Shown: piece by piece, positions 19,136-28,900 of the stretch
Layout of the letters: every line of letters starts with the position of its first letter
Numbering within the stretch: position 1 is the first letter of the stretch
Source: Gemmatimonadaceae bacterium
GTDB taxonomy: Bacteria; Gemmatimonadota; Gemmatimonadetes; Gemmatimonadales; Gemmatimonadaceae
Direction of reading: 5' to 3'
DNA length: 64,000 nucleotides
Assembly: GCA_045803545.1 (NCBI GenBank)
Contig: JBJMOW010000005.1
Coordinates: 1,120,001-1,184,000, forward strand
Position numbers and translations under genes: made by a program
The notes under the pieces: model-generated
Database searches by the model: none
What the model saw: only the letters and a program-made list of their open reading frames with translations
Told to the model about the DNA's origin: nothing

Positions 19136-19681
19136 TTACCAGCCTTCGCGTTTCCTCAGGGCAGTGATGTGCGCGACGTGATGACGTCCGTGCCAGGCAT
19201 AGAGACCGAGCATCTGCTCGAGGGTCAAAACGCGACCCTGCTCCGGATGACGCAAGCCACGTCGAAAATCAGAGGACTCCATCGAACGAAGCAGCGCGAC
19301 CCAGCGAAGGTGCAGCGCATCGAGCAAATCGAGCGAGACTTCGATCGGAACTCGTCGGCTGTCAGCGAGCTCCGCCCATGCGGCTTCGTTGTAGGTCTTT
19401 ATCGTCGGCTCGTCTTCGGTGAGCGCGAGCTTGAATCGACAGTACGCATTCATGTGGCTGTCGGGGACGTGATGCGCCACTTGCTTCACGGTCCAGCCAC
19501 CTTGTCGATATGGAGTCTCCAGCTGGTCCCTCGACAATCCGGCAACCGCGTTCCGAAGATTGCCTGGCGTTTCAGCGATGATTGCAATCAGCTGAGGCCG
19601 CTCGGACTCGGAAATCGGTGTATCGAAACTGAACTTGCCGACGGGAAAACGAAGATCCGTCTCTTGTGCGGTGGTTGCCAT
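19136..19681 (-). CDS. YfiT/DinB-family metal-dependent protein (bacillithiol transferase-like)
   Basis: DLRFPVG, GGWTVKQVAHHVPDSH, YAWHGRHH; ATG at 19681. Confidence 0.9.
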   Translation of the reverse strand: MATTAQETDLRFPVGKFSFDTPISESERPQLIAIIAETPGNLRNAVAGLSRDQLETPYRQGGWTVKQVAHHVPDSHMNAYCRFKLALTEDEPTIKTYNEAAWAELADSRRVPIEVSLDLLDALHLRWVALLRSMESSDFRRGLRHPEQGRVLTLEQMLGLYAWHGRHHVAHITALRKREGW

Positions 19682-19698
19682 TGGAGTGCGCGAAAGAG

Positions 19699-20418
19699 TT
19701 AAGCGATGCGCTGCGGCAGATGCACTGCCACAGCGGAACCTTCGGCAACGAACGCCGAAGCAGGCGCTCCAGAGAGTATACTCGAAAACGGCCCTTGGAA
19801 GAAATCCCCGAGCGGACCGTCGAGCTCCCAACGCGCATCTCGCCACACGTTCCATCGCGGATGGTCGACCGCGTACTCGATGGTGCCGCCGTCGCGCTGC
19901 CTGGTGAAGCCCCACGCGCGCTCCGCTATGAACTCCTCGTGGGATCCGGCCGGTAGCGCCACCGGCCGCCCGTCAGGGTGAAGACTGAGGCGGCACACGC
20001 GATCCGAAGGGCCAAACAAATACTCGACGCTCTGCAGCGCGTCGGCGCTGCGCACGAGGGTGTGTTGGGTTGGCGTAGTCGTGTACGGCTCGTTGTAAGT
20101 CAGCTTCGCCGTCTCGGCGACCAGCGGTCGTGACACGATTTCGCGAATGAATACGACGCCCCGTCTCGACTCCTCCGCCAGCTCTCGGCGAACGTAGAAG
20201 CGCAGATTCACTTCCTCGAAACTGTCGTGGAAGAACGCCGGAAAACCGAAGATGTGGGTATCGAGAAAGAGGAATCCGACGAGACTGATGTAGTGTCGGC
20301 CACCTTCGTCATCGAGCAGTGTCCCCTTGGGCACTAGCGGCGCCAGAACAGCCGGATCGACTTCGAAGTTGAGCATCGCCAGGTAACGCCACTGAGCCTT
20401 TAGAAATGGTCTGCTCAT
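19699..20418 (-). CDS. DUF2071 (YqjF) family protein
   Basis: WRYLAMLNF, FEEVNLRFYV, VDHPRW motifs. Confidence 0.85.
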   Translation of the reverse strand: MSRPFLKAQWRYLAMLNFEVDPAVLAPLVPKGTLLDDEGGRHYISLVGFLFLDTHIFGFPAFFHDSFEEVNLRFYVRRELAEESRRGVVFIREIVSRPLVAETAKLTYNEPYTTTPTQHTLVRSADALQSVEYLFGPSDRVCRLSLHPDGRPVALPAGSHEEFIAERAWGFTRQRDGGTIEYAVDHPRWNVWRDARWELDGPLGDFFQGPFSSILSGAPASAFVAEGSAVAVHLPQRIA

Positions 20419-20456
20419 ATCGCTGCTGAATTCCTACTCGAAAAAAAGGTGCGGAC

Positions 20457-21035
20457 CTATCCGCACCCTTCCACCCATTGAACCTCTGGCAGCTCTCCCG
20501 CTCGATACCGCGTCACCTTCCTGCCGTCAGACTCAAAGACTATCGCCTTTCCTGCGCTAGCGCTGTCACCGAGTACAGTCATGTAGTGCCAGCCTTGATT
20601 GTACTTGTGCGGCGTGATCTTTACATCGTCGCCGTAGATGTTCTTGATCCGGTCCTCGGTGTCACCGATCTTCGCGCCATCGTCAGTAGTTACCGCACCG
20701 GTGTCGACGTCGATGCGCACGACTTTGCCTTTCACGACCATGATGCCAACGTTCTCAGGCACACCCGCCCCGACCGCCGGATACACGTAATCACATTGGC
20801 TGTTCATGTTCGGATTGCGGTTGAGCAATCCCATGTTGACGGCGTCGTCGAGGGTCATGCCGATCTGAATCTGGCCGAACCCGTCCTCGTTGACGGTGAC
20901 GTCGCTGAGAGTGTCGTGTGCCGCGGCGGGGCCGTTCTTGCCCGATGTCTGATCGTTGCCTTTGCACCCGTACGCCAACGCAGCGACTCCAATCATCGCC
21001 GCAAATCCGAGCAGTTTCGACCCAGCTCGATTCAA
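20457..21035 (-). CDS. Hypothetical lipoprotein
   Basis: Lipobox LAYGC; GFGQIQIGMT and GAKIGDTE repeats; C-terminal EGCG. Start uncertain. Confidence 0.65.
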   Translation of the reverse strand: MNRAGSKLLGFAAMIGVAALAYGCKGNDQTSGKNGPAAAHDTLSDVTVNEDGFGQIQIGMTLDDAVNMGLLNRNPNMNSQCDYVYPAVGAGVPENVGIMVVKGKVVRIDVDTGAVTTDDGAKIGDTEDRIKNIYGDDVKITPHKYNQGWHYMTVLGDSASAGKAIVFESDGRKVTRYRAGELPEVQWVEGCG

Positions 21036-21066
21036 CATCCGTGTCCGTCCGGTCCCTTTCGAGGCA

Positions 21067-21609
21067 TCACGTTCCGACCTGATGGTATCGCTCCTGATAG
21101 CGTTCGATCGATTCATGGATCACCCGCGCCGCGACTTCGCTCTTTTCCCAGCCGAGTATCTCGACGCGCCTGCCTTCCAGATCCTTGTAGATATGAAAGA
21201 AATGCTCCACCTCCCTCAAATAATGCTGAGAAAGGTCGGCGATGTCGAAGAATTCGTGGTAATACGGGTCGTGACACGGCACCGCCAGAATCTTGTCGTC
21301 GGGCTGGCCGCGATCGAGCATTTTCAGCACGCCGAGCGGACGGCAGTCGATCTGGCAGCCGGGAAACGTCGGCTCGTTGACGTGAACGAGAATGTCGAGC
21401 GGGTCGCCATCCTCATGCAACGTGCGCGGAATAAATCCGTAATCTCCCGGATAGTGCACCGCTGAATAAAGCACTCGATCCAGCCGGATCATGCCACTCG
21501 TCTTATCGAGCTCATATTTGTTTCTGCTGCCGGCGGGAATCTCGATCACAGCAGTGACGTTGTCCGGCGGATGTATGCCCGCGGGCAGCTCGTGCCACAG
21601 ATTGATCAC
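21067..21609 (-). CDS. ppa: Inorganic pyrophosphatase (family I)
   Basis: KYELDK, YPGDYGFIPRT, DGDPLD motifs. Confidence 0.95.
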   Translation of the reverse strand: MINLWHELPAGIHPPDNVTAVIEIPAGSRNKYELDKTSGMIRLDRVLYSAVHYPGDYGFIPRTLHEDGDPLDILVHVNEPTFPGCQIDCRPLGVLKMLDRGQPDDKILAVPCHDPYYHEFFDIADLSQHYLREVEHFFHIYKDLEGRRVEILGWEKSEVAARVIHESIERYQERYHQVGT

Positions 21610-22640
21610 GCTGTGATACGCTCCATCGTTCCCTTGTAGGTCATCGGCTCTTCATCTACGCCAAAATTGCGCCCGGCGAGGTCCCCCACTCGCTCCAATT
21701 GCGGGGCCGACAGGTCCGGTTTGTCCGACGCCTCTGCGAATTCCTTCAACTGATCGAGATCGTAGATATTGGGGAGCGTCGTCACCACTCTCGGTTCGGC
21801 GAGCAGCCATTTGAGGGCAGCCTGGCCGAGTGTCATGTCGGTGGTGAGGAAATCGAGCGTGCGGATTTTCTTCAACCCGTTGGTCAGCCACGACCGCGGC
21901 CGATGCCGACGGTGATCGTTGCTCGGGAACACCGTGTTTTCGGTGTACTTGCCTTCGAGCATCCCTGACGCATGGGTAACGCGAATGTTAAAGGCGCAGG
22001 CGGGAGCGTAGCTCTTCGCCGCGTCGATCATCGCTGTGCCCGGGTGCTGCTCGAGGATGTTCCAGATCATCTGGATGGTACCAATGTCTGGCTCGCGCTC
22101 GCACAGCTCGACTGCTTCGTACAGCCAACCAATTGCGGGTCCGAACGCCGCGCCCCAGACGCCGATGATTGCTTCGTCCTTCATCTCGCGCAGTGCTTGC
22201 CATATCGACGCGTCGCGGACGTGCTCCATCTTGATATTGTGCAGCTGAAGGACGTCGATTCGATCCGTCTCCAGACGCTCGAGACATTTTTCGACGGCGA
22301 AGCGCATGTAGTCGCGATCGAACTTCTGCGGCAGCTCGTTTTGACCGCGTCGAGCATTTTCAGCTGCGGGATCATAGATGTCGTAGCCGATCTTGGTCGA
22401 ATAAACGACGTCGTCGCGCCGGCCGCGAAACGCCGTCGCCAGCTGGCGTTCGCTCCGACCGTTCCCATAGGTGTCGGCGGCGTCGAAGAAGTTGATGCCG
22501 TAGTCATCGAGCGCCGCGCGCAGCATCTCAACGGCTTCTTCGTCAGACTTTTCGCCCCACCACCCGGTGGAAATTGTCCAGGTGCCGAATCCCACTTCGC
22601 TGACGCCGATTTCGGTGCCGGGGAACTCTCTATAGCGCAT
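21606..22640 (-). CDS. Aldo/keto reductase
   Basis: VSEVGFGTW, FFDAADTYG, LETDRIDVLQLH. Confidence 0.9.
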   Translation of the reverse strand: MRYREFPGTEIGVSEVGFGTWTISTGWWGEKSDEEAVEMLRAALDDYGINFFDAADTYGNGRSERQLATAFRGRRDDVVYSTKIGYDIYDPAAENARRGQNELPQKFDRDYMRFAVEKCLERLETDRIDVLQLHNIKMEHVRDASIWQALREMKDEAIIGVWGAAFGPAIGWLYEAVELCEREPDIGTIQMIWNILEQHPGTAMIDAAKSYAPACAFNIRVTHASGMLEGKYTENTVFPSNDHRRHRPRSWLTNGLKKIRTLDFLTTDMTLGQAALKWLLAEPRVVTTLPNIYDLDQLKEFAEASDKPDLSAPQLERVGDLAGRNFGVDEEPMTYKGTMERITA

Positions 22641-22767
22641 GGCCTGAAGTTAATCTCAAGGAAAGATTTCGGCCCGATCAGGTGCCCCCTGCTTCCAACC
22701 TTAGCTCGGCGCTAAATGGCTCCCAAAGCTGGTAGCTCCCGGCTTTAGTTCTGTGGACGGCGGCTAC

Positions 22768-23745
22768 TTACACAGATCCCAGCACTGCAGCCTCAGTAGC
22801 GAAGTACGTCACAATGAAATCCGCCCCCGCTCGCCGAATCCCGAGTAATGATTCCATCATTACACGCTCCTTTTCGATCCAGCCACGCTCGGCGGCCGCG
22901 CAGATCATCGCGTATTCGCCGCTCACCTGATACGCGGCGACCGGATAGCCCGTTTCGGCTTTGACTCGCGACACGATGTCGAGGTACGGCCCAGCGGGCT
23001 TTACCATCACAGCATCGGCACCTTCTTCGATGTCCGCGCGCACTTCGCGCATCGCTTCCTCGACATTGCCAGGATCCATCTGATAGCCACGTCGATCGCC
23101 AGACTTCGGCGCTGATTCGGCGGCTTCGCGGAACGGGCCGTAATACCCCGACGCGTATTTCGCCGCATAGGTGAGAATGGCGACGTTGGTGAAATCCTGC
23201 TCGTCGAGGGCCGTTCTGATTGCACCCACTCTGCCATCCATCATGTCACTCGGCGCGACGATGTCCGCACCAGCGCAGGCGTGGGAGAGCGCAGCCCGCG
23301 AGAGCAGCTCGAGAGTCGCGTCGTTATCCACTTCTCCGTTGCGCAGCACTCCGCAGTGCCCGTGATCAGTGTACTCGCACATGCAGACATCGGTGATCGT
23401 GACAAGCTGAGGGAATTCCTTCTTCAGCGCTCGAACACCCAATTGCACCGCGCCTTTGTCGTCCCACGCCGATGTCCCGGTCGCGTCCTTGGTGTCTGGT
23501 ACGCCGAACAGAATTATCCCGCCGACTCCGGCTTTCGCCGCCGCCTCCGCGTCGCGCAGCATCTCGTCGACTGAGGTCTGGCTGACGCCGGGCATCGCAT
23601 CGACCGCTCGACGGACCTTGTTCCCATTGCGAACGAAAACGGGCAGCACCAGCTGCGACGGTGCGAGGTGGGTCTCGCGCACCAGATTGCGTAATGCAGG
23701 GGTGCGGCGCAAACGGCGGGGACGGTACTGCGGAAAGCGAGACAA
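22768..23745 (-). CDS. hemB: Porphobilinogen synthase
   Basis: RPRRLR, Zn site CMCEYTDHGHC, APSDMMDGRV, MVKP; TTG start at 23745 just after the hemC stop. Confidence 0.95.
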   Translation of the reverse strand: MSRFPQYRPRRLRRTPALRNLVRETHLAPSQLVLPVFVRNGNKVRRAVDAMPGVSQTSVDEMLRDAEAAAKAGVGGIILFGVPDTKDATGTSAWDDKGAVQLGVRALKKEFPQLVTITDVCMCEYTDHGHCGVLRNGEVDNDATLELLSRAALSHACAGADIVAPSDMMDGRVGAIRTALDEQDFTNVAILTYAAKYASGYYGPFREAAESAPKSGDRRGYQMDPGNVEEAMREVRADIEEGADAVMVKPAGPYLDIVSRVKAETGYPVAAYQVSGEYAMICAAAERGWIEKERVMMESLLGIRRAGADFIVTYFATEAAVLGSV

Positions 23746-23747
23746 GA

Positions 23748-24710
23748 CTACTCCGGCTGTGGCGATGGGATATTTGAATGCTGACGAAGCTTGACGAGCA
23801 GGCTGCTGCCGCCGCGCGAACGGATTTCCGCTGCCAATGCTTCGCCCGTCGCCTCTGGATCTGTGGCGTCGAGTGCACGCGACCCACGGACGATGTGTTT
23901 GCCCGAGAGATCGGCGAGCATACCATATAATGTAGGCGTGCCGGTCACCGCGCTGACCAATGCGCCGATCGGCACCTGACACCCTCCGTCGAGCGCGGCC
24001 AGAAATGCGCGTTCGGCGCGAGTCGCCAGCGATGTTGGCGCATGATCGAGCTGCCGGAGCAGCGCCTGGGTCGGGGGGTCGTCCTTCCGCGCCTCGATTG
24101 CAATCGCGCCCTGACCGGGAGCCGGCAGCCACTCCGGCGGATCCAGGAACACTGCGATTCGCTGTTGCACACCGAGACGGATCAATCCGGCAGCGGCAAG
24201 AACAGCGGCGTGGACGCTCCCCTTCTCGACTTTGCCAAGTCGTGTCGGAACATTGCCGCGGAGCTCGACGACCTCGAGATCAGGCCGGCGAGCCAACAGC
24301 TGTGCGCGCCGCCGGAGACTCGATGTGCCGACGCGCGATCCCGCCGGCAAATCGTCCAATCCCTCGGCGCCGATCTGCCGATTCACCACGAGAACGTCGC
24401 GCGGATCTTCGCGCTCCAGCAGCGCCACGATTTCCAGCTCCTCCGGCAGATCGGTGGGCAGATCCTTGAGCGAGTGAACGGCGCAATCGACTTTGCCTTT
24501 GCTGAGAGCAACTTCGATCTCGTGAGTGAACAAACCTTTTGCGCCAATCACGGAAAGCGGCTCGTCGATTTTCTTGTCGCCGGTGGTTTTGAACGTGACA
24601 AGTTCAGCGTCGATCCCCCGCGCGTTGAGCGCACTCTCTACCAGTCGGGCCTGACGCAGGGCGAGCTCGGATGAACGCGTGCCGATGCGAATGATTTCGC
24701 GATCCGCCAC
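23748..24710 (-). CDS. hemC: Hydroxymethylbilane synthase
   Basis: IGTRSSELA, VHSLKD, GTSSLRR, LRGNV, GGCQVP. Confidence 0.95.
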   Translation of the reverse strand: MADREIIRIGTRSSELALRQARLVESALNARGIDAELVTFKTTGDKKIDEPLSVIGAKGLFTHEIEVALSKGKVDCAVHSLKDLPTDLPEELEIVALLEREDPRDVLVVNRQIGAEGLDDLPAGSRVGTSSLRRRAQLLARRPDLEVVELRGNVPTRLGKVEKGSVHAAVLAAAGLIRLGVQQRIAVFLDPPEWLPAPGQGAIAIEARKDDPPTQALLRQLDHAPTSLATRAERAFLAALDGGCQVPIGALVSAVTGTPTLYGMLADLSGKHIVRGSRALDATDPEATGEALAAEIRSRGGSSLLVKLRQHSNIPSPQPE

Positions 24711-24714
24711 CTTC

Positions 24715-26229
24715 TTAGACGGCACTCAGCACAGCGGCAACGAGGCCATCCAGCGTCGACGGATCCGCTTCCGCCTTGACTTCGATTCCCGCCTCCTGGA
24801 GAGCAGCCGTTGTCTGCTCACCCATCGACGCTGCGCCAACCTTCTGCGCCAGATCGCTGCCCACGGCGGCGACGAAACCGCGCACGGCTGAACCGGACGT
24901 GAAGGTGACGAGGTCGATCTTGTCGCTCTCTAGCTGTTTGACGAGTCTGTCCGCGCCGTCGCCATCCGGAATCGACCGGTATGCCTCGATGACAGTGACC
25001 TCCGCGTTCAGCTCGCGCAGTCCGCGCGGCAGAACGTCACGTGCTCCTTCTGCAGTGACGTACAGCACCTTGGACTGAGCGACGTCGTCTCGCGCACCCA
25101 GAACGTCCAGCAACCCTTCCGCAACGAATCGCTCGGGAATGACATCGATCCTGATCCCATGCTCCAGCAGTGCGCCCGCGGTTGCCGGGCCGACCGCGCC
25201 GATCTTCACACCGGCAAGCGCGCGTGCGTCCCGACCCTCCCCCAGCAGCTGCTCCCAGAAAATCGAGACAGCGTTCTGGCTCGAGAAAATCAGCCAGTCG
25301 AAAGTGGGCAGGCGATGAATCGCTTCGCGCAGCGGCTGGAGATCGAGTCTGGCGATCTGGGTCGCCGGCATCTCGACGACCTGGGCGCCGAGCTCGCGAA
25401 GCTGGTCGCTGAGCGCTGGGGCCTGTTGTGTCGCGCGGGTGACCACGATCCGCTTTCCGAACAGTGGTCGGGTCTCGAACCAGTTCAACTCGTCGCGCAA
25501 GACGACCGCCCAGCCGATCACGATGATGACCGGTGCGGCGAGCTTCTCCTTCTCGGCTCGGTCTGCAATCGACTCGAGCGTCGCCACGACGGTACGTTGC
25601 TTCGGGTGCGTACCCCATTGGATCGCCGCGACGGGAACCTCACTCGGCATTCCATTCTTGATCAGCGTCGAAGCGATGGTCTTCAGCGTTTTGGTGCCCA
25701 TGTAGAGCACGATGGTGCCGCCTGACTTGGCGAGGGCACTCCAGTTGGTCTGCGAATGCGGCTTCGACGGATCCTCGTGACCCGTGACGAAGGTGACCGA
25801 AGTGGAGAGGCCACGATGAGTGACCGGAATTCCCGCGTATGCCGGAGCGGCGATTCCCGAGGTAATGCCAGGGACCACTTCGAATGGAACCGAGGCGTCA
25901 TTGAGCGCCTGCGCTTCTTCGCTGCCGCGGCCGAATACGAACGGATCGCCGCCCTTCAGTCGCACGACTCGCTTGCCCTCGCGCGCCAGCCTCACCATCA
26001 GCTCGTTGATTTCTTGTTGAGTGACGGAGTTTTTGTCCCCGCCGCGCTTCCCGACGTAAAAGAGCTCGGGCCTGCCAGTCTCCCGTGCGCGCGCTGGCAA
26101 CAGCGCCATGTTCGCGAGTGCGTCGTATACCACCGCGTCCGCAGAGTCGATCAACTGCTTTCCGCGCACAGTCAACAGGCCCGGATCACCGGGACCGGCA
26201 CCGACGAGAAAGATCTTTCCCTCGCTCAC
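24715..26229 (-). CDS. cobA/hemD: Uroporphyrinogen-III C-methyltransferase / uroporphyrinogen-III synthase fusion
   Basis: LVGAGPGDPGLLT, RLKGGDPFVFGRG, then PLFGKRIVVTR and a HemD domain. Confidence 0.93.
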   Translation of the reverse strand: MSEGKIFLVGAGPGDPGLLTVRGKQLIDSADAVVYDALANMALLPARARETGRPELFYVGKRGGDKNSVTQQEINELMVRLAREGKRVVRLKGGDPFVFGRGSEEAQALNDASVPFEVVPGITSGIAAPAYAGIPVTHRGLSTSVTFVTGHEDPSKPHSQTNWSALAKSGGTIVLYMGTKTLKTIASTLIKNGMPSEVPVAAIQWGTHPKQRTVVATLESIADRAEKEKLAAPVIIVIGWAVVLRDELNWFETRPLFGKRIVVTRATQQAPALSDQLRELGAQVVEMPATQIARLDLQPLREAIHRLPTFDWLIFSSQNAVSIFWEQLLGEGRDARALAGVKIGAVGPATAGALLEHGIRIDVIPERFVAEGLLDVLGARDDVAQSKVLYVTAEGARDVLPRGLRELNAEVTVIEAYRSIPDGDGADRLVKQLESDKIDLVTFTSGSAVRGFVAAVGSDLAQKVGAASMGEQTTAALQEAGIEVKAEADPSTLDGLVAAVLSAV

Positions 26230-26235
26230 GATTGA

Positions 26236-27375
26236 TTATGCAGCGTCGGTTGAGAGTCCGACTTTGACCGCCCACTCGGCGTAGACCACGGGCGAAATCT
26301 CAGATGGCTTGATCTCGCTACGCCCGCCCCAGAAGACGTTGGTGTAGGAAACCGGGATGCCAGCTTCTTCGAGGTGACGATCGATCGCTGCCTTGTGTTC
26401 GAGGACGAGGGATTTGTCGGTGCCGTGCGCCACAGCCATCAGATTTACGTTGCTGAACTCGGGCCCACCCTCGCGCCAATAGGCGTGGGTGAGAATGTGA
26501 TGGCGGCCAACCTCGCGTCCCGCTTCGATCTCGCGGCCCGCCGGCACTCGCCAGTGGAACAGCGCGTTGTAACGCGTGACCCGTTCGCCCGTCGCCGATG
26601 GCTTCACGTGCTCGAGAAAAGTCGAGAACCGTCCGATGACTTTCCGATCGTGCAGCGACCGAGCGACGCGCAGGAACTCGTCGTACGAAACCCCCACTTC
26701 CGCCGCCCGCCGTCGCCACGGGTGCGACTGAATCTCATCGATCCCGAACTCTCGCTTTAGCGCGGTCAGGACCTGCCATTCGCGCGCGCTCAGCTCAACG
26801 ACATTGGTGTCGATCACGCGACCCAACTCCTCACTCCGTGAGCCCGGCTCGATTCCGCGACGGCGCACGTGTCCGACTCCCAGTGCGAATAACCGCTTGG
26901 CTGGCATCACACGAAAGGTGTTGGCACCGACTTTACCAGCGAGGAACACGCAGTGCCGTTCCATGGAGAAACCAACTGGCACTTTGAGAGTCGTCCACAG
27001 CCGATAAACCGATCCCGGTGTTGCCGCATCAGTCGATCTGATCACGACGTGACCAGAGAATGGATCTTCCCGGAACATGAATTCGAACGCTGAATCGAGC
27101 TGCTCGTTGGGAAGCCGCCAGGCCACCAGGGCACCCGGCGCCAGATTCGTCGCCATCAGTGTCTGACGAATGCGACGCACGACGCCAGCTTCGAGCATAG
27201 CCTGAAGTCGCTCGACGACTGTCTCCTCGGAGAGATCAGTTGCAGCAGCTATATCTGCAAACGGCTCCTCAATGAACCCCGGCAGCCGGTCCTCAGACAC
27301 GGTCAGGATACGCGCGTTGATCGGATCCGACACTGTGGTCGGGATCGCAGCCGATGGAGCGTGAACCGACGTCAC
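26236..27375 (-). CDS. Duplicated Lrp/AsnC-like protein; probable fused siroheme decarboxylase (AhbAB/NirDL-like)
   Basis: Two AsnC-like halves (EPFADIAA..GVVRRI..GHVVIR; PWRRRAAEVG..VIGRF..THAYWR); located in the heme operon. Confidence 0.7.
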   Translation of the reverse strand: MTSVHAPSAAIPTTVSDPINARILTVSEDRLPGFIEEPFADIAAATDLSEETVVERLQAMLEAGVVRRIRQTLMATNLAPGALVAWRLPNEQLDSAFEFMFREDPFSGHVVIRSTDAATPGSVYRLWTTLKVPVGFSMERHCVFLAGKVGANTFRVMPAKRLFALGVGHVRRRGIEPGSRSEELGRVIDTNVVELSAREWQVLTALKREFGIDEIQSHPWRRRAAEVGVSYDEFLRVARSLHDRKVIGRFSTFLEHVKPSATGERVTRYNALFHWRVPAGREIEAGREVGRHHILTHAYWREGGPEFSNVNLMAVAHGTDKSLVLEHKAAIDRHLEEAGIPVSYTNVFWGGRSEIKPSEISPVVYAEWAVKVGLSTDAA

Positions 27376-27482
27376 CGTGCCCTCACTCTCTTTCTGCGCA
27401 GCCAGAGGCTTACGGCGTACAGCGTGTAGATAGACAGCGCGATCGTATATGCTATGTGATAGTACGCCGACGTCTCAGGCAT
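27372..27482 (-). CDS. ccmD: Heme exporter protein D-like small membrane protein (36 aa)
   Basis: Manual translation MPETSAYYHIAYTIALSIYTLYAVSLWLRRKRVRAR; overlaps the ccmC end and the next start (GTGA). Below the ORF-track cutoff. Confidence 0.75.
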   Translation of the reverse strand: MPETSAYYHIAYTIALSIYTLYAVSLWLRRKRVRAR

Positions 27483-28143
27483 GCTCGAACCTCGCGCTCC
27501 ACGCATCTCGCTCGACCGCGTACGCATACCGACTGCGCAAGAATGCGAAGTACAACAGGGTGAACGAGAACAGTGAGAGCATCAACGTCATCAGCATCTC
27601 GCCCGGCAACGAAGGCTTGCTGGGCTTACCGACGATTGGCATCGGATGCATCGTCGAGAACAGATAGACGCTGAGATGAATGAACGGGATTAACAGTGCT
27701 CCGAGAATGCCGAGTACCGCGGAATAGCGCGCACGCAAGTCGGGCGAGTCGATTGCACCGCGGAGCACCAGATACGCGAGATAGATGAACCACAGAAAGA
27801 GCGTCGAGACCAGTCGCACGTCCCACCACGCCCAGAAGGTTCCCCAGATCGGCTTCGCCCACAATGGCCCGGTGATCAAAACCACCGTGGTGAAAACCAC
27901 TCCGACTTCCGCCGAGCTCTCGGCGAATCGGTCGAGGCGCTGATCGCGGAGCCACAAGTAGACTCCGCTGGCGACCGCAACGAGAAAGAACGCCAGGAAG
28001 GCCACCCACGCGGCGGGAACATGCAAATAGAAAATTTTTTGCGCCGCTCCCTGCTTTGCCTCGAGCGGTGTGTAGAACGCGGCCCTGATGATGGTGCCGA
28101 CCACCGCCACTCCTGCCGCAAGCGGGAGCCAGGAAATTCTCAT
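27475..28143 (-). CDS. ccmC: Heme exporter protein C
   Basis: IFYLHVP, WWD-domain motif WAKPIWGTFWAWWD, second His (TMHP). Confidence 0.92.
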   Translation of the reverse strand: MRISWLPLAAGVAVVGTIIRAAFYTPLEAKQGAAQKIFYLHVPAAWVAFLAFFLVAVASGVYLWLRDQRLDRFAESSAEVGVVFTTVVLITGPLWAKPIWGTFWAWWDVRLVSTLFLWFIYLAYLVLRGAIDSPDLRARYSAVLGILGALLIPFIHLSVYLFSTMHPMPIVGKPSKPSLPGEMLMTLMLSLFSFTLLYFAFLRSRYAYAVERDAWSARFEHA

Positions 28144-28219
28144 GACTACAAATCTACTTCGTGGGGCAATCGGGCTGCCCACGGGTTCCTCAGCATCTCC
28201 AAAACTGAAGTCGGCGTCC

Positions 28220-28900
28220 TCAATCCTCGACCGTGAACGGATACGCCACCGCGCACGCTGCAATGAACACAATGTCGAACGCCACCAGTAGTTTGATCCA
28301 GGCAGCGACCTCGACCACCGGACGACCGCCAATCAATTTCGCGGTCGCCTGCGCAGCGCCGATCACGATCGGGACGAAAAACGGTAGCGCCAGCATCGGG
28401 AGCAGCAGCTCGGCGAGTCGGGTGTTGACGGCCATTGCGCTGAATAGCGTCCCCACCGCAGTCAAACCGATCGCCGCAAGAATCGCGATCGCCAGCAGCG
28501 GCCCGGCGACAGTGCCGAGCGGCAGGTTGTAGAACACCACCAGCGCCGGAATCGCGATCAGCTGCACCGCAATAACGAACACGAGATTCGCGATACACTT
28601 GCCGAGGAAGATTGCCTCGCGAGTGACTGGAGAGGCGAGGATGCCATCGATCGCGTGATCGGCCATCTCGACGCCGAATGATCGATGGAGCCCCAGCAAG
28701 CCGGAGAAAGTGAAGATGACCCACATGACACCGGGCGCGAGATCAGTCGTCGTAACCGCCGTCGGATCCCAGGCGAAGTAGAAGATTACCAGGCCGAGCA
28801 GCGCGAATACGACGGCGGACAGGAACGCGGTGCGGGTACGAAACTCGATCGTGAGATCCTTGCGGGCGATCAACCACGCGGACGAGAGGATGTCAGCCAC
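28220..28900 (-). CDS. ccmB: Heme exporter protein B
   Basis: KDLTIEFR, PGVMWV, ELLLPMLALP motifs. Confidence 0.9.
   Translation of the reverse strand: MADILSSAWLIARKDLTIEFRTRTAFLSAVVFALLGLVIFYFAWDPTAVTTTDLAPGVMWVIFTFSGLLGLHRSFGVEMADHAIDGILASPVTREAIFLGKCIANLVFVIAVQLIAIPALVVFYNLPLGTVAGPLLAIAILAAIGLTAVGTLFSAMAVNTRLAELLLPMLALPFFVPIVIGAAQATAKLIGGRPVVEVAAWIKLLVAFDIVFIAACAVAYPFTVED

Noticed and set aside
22768..24132. Long N-terminal extensions in the ORF track (hemB; likewise ccmC, yfiT, rhodanese, ABC ATPase, kynureninase)
   Set aside because: They overlap upstream genes; downstream starts fit the conserved N-termini and coupling overlaps.
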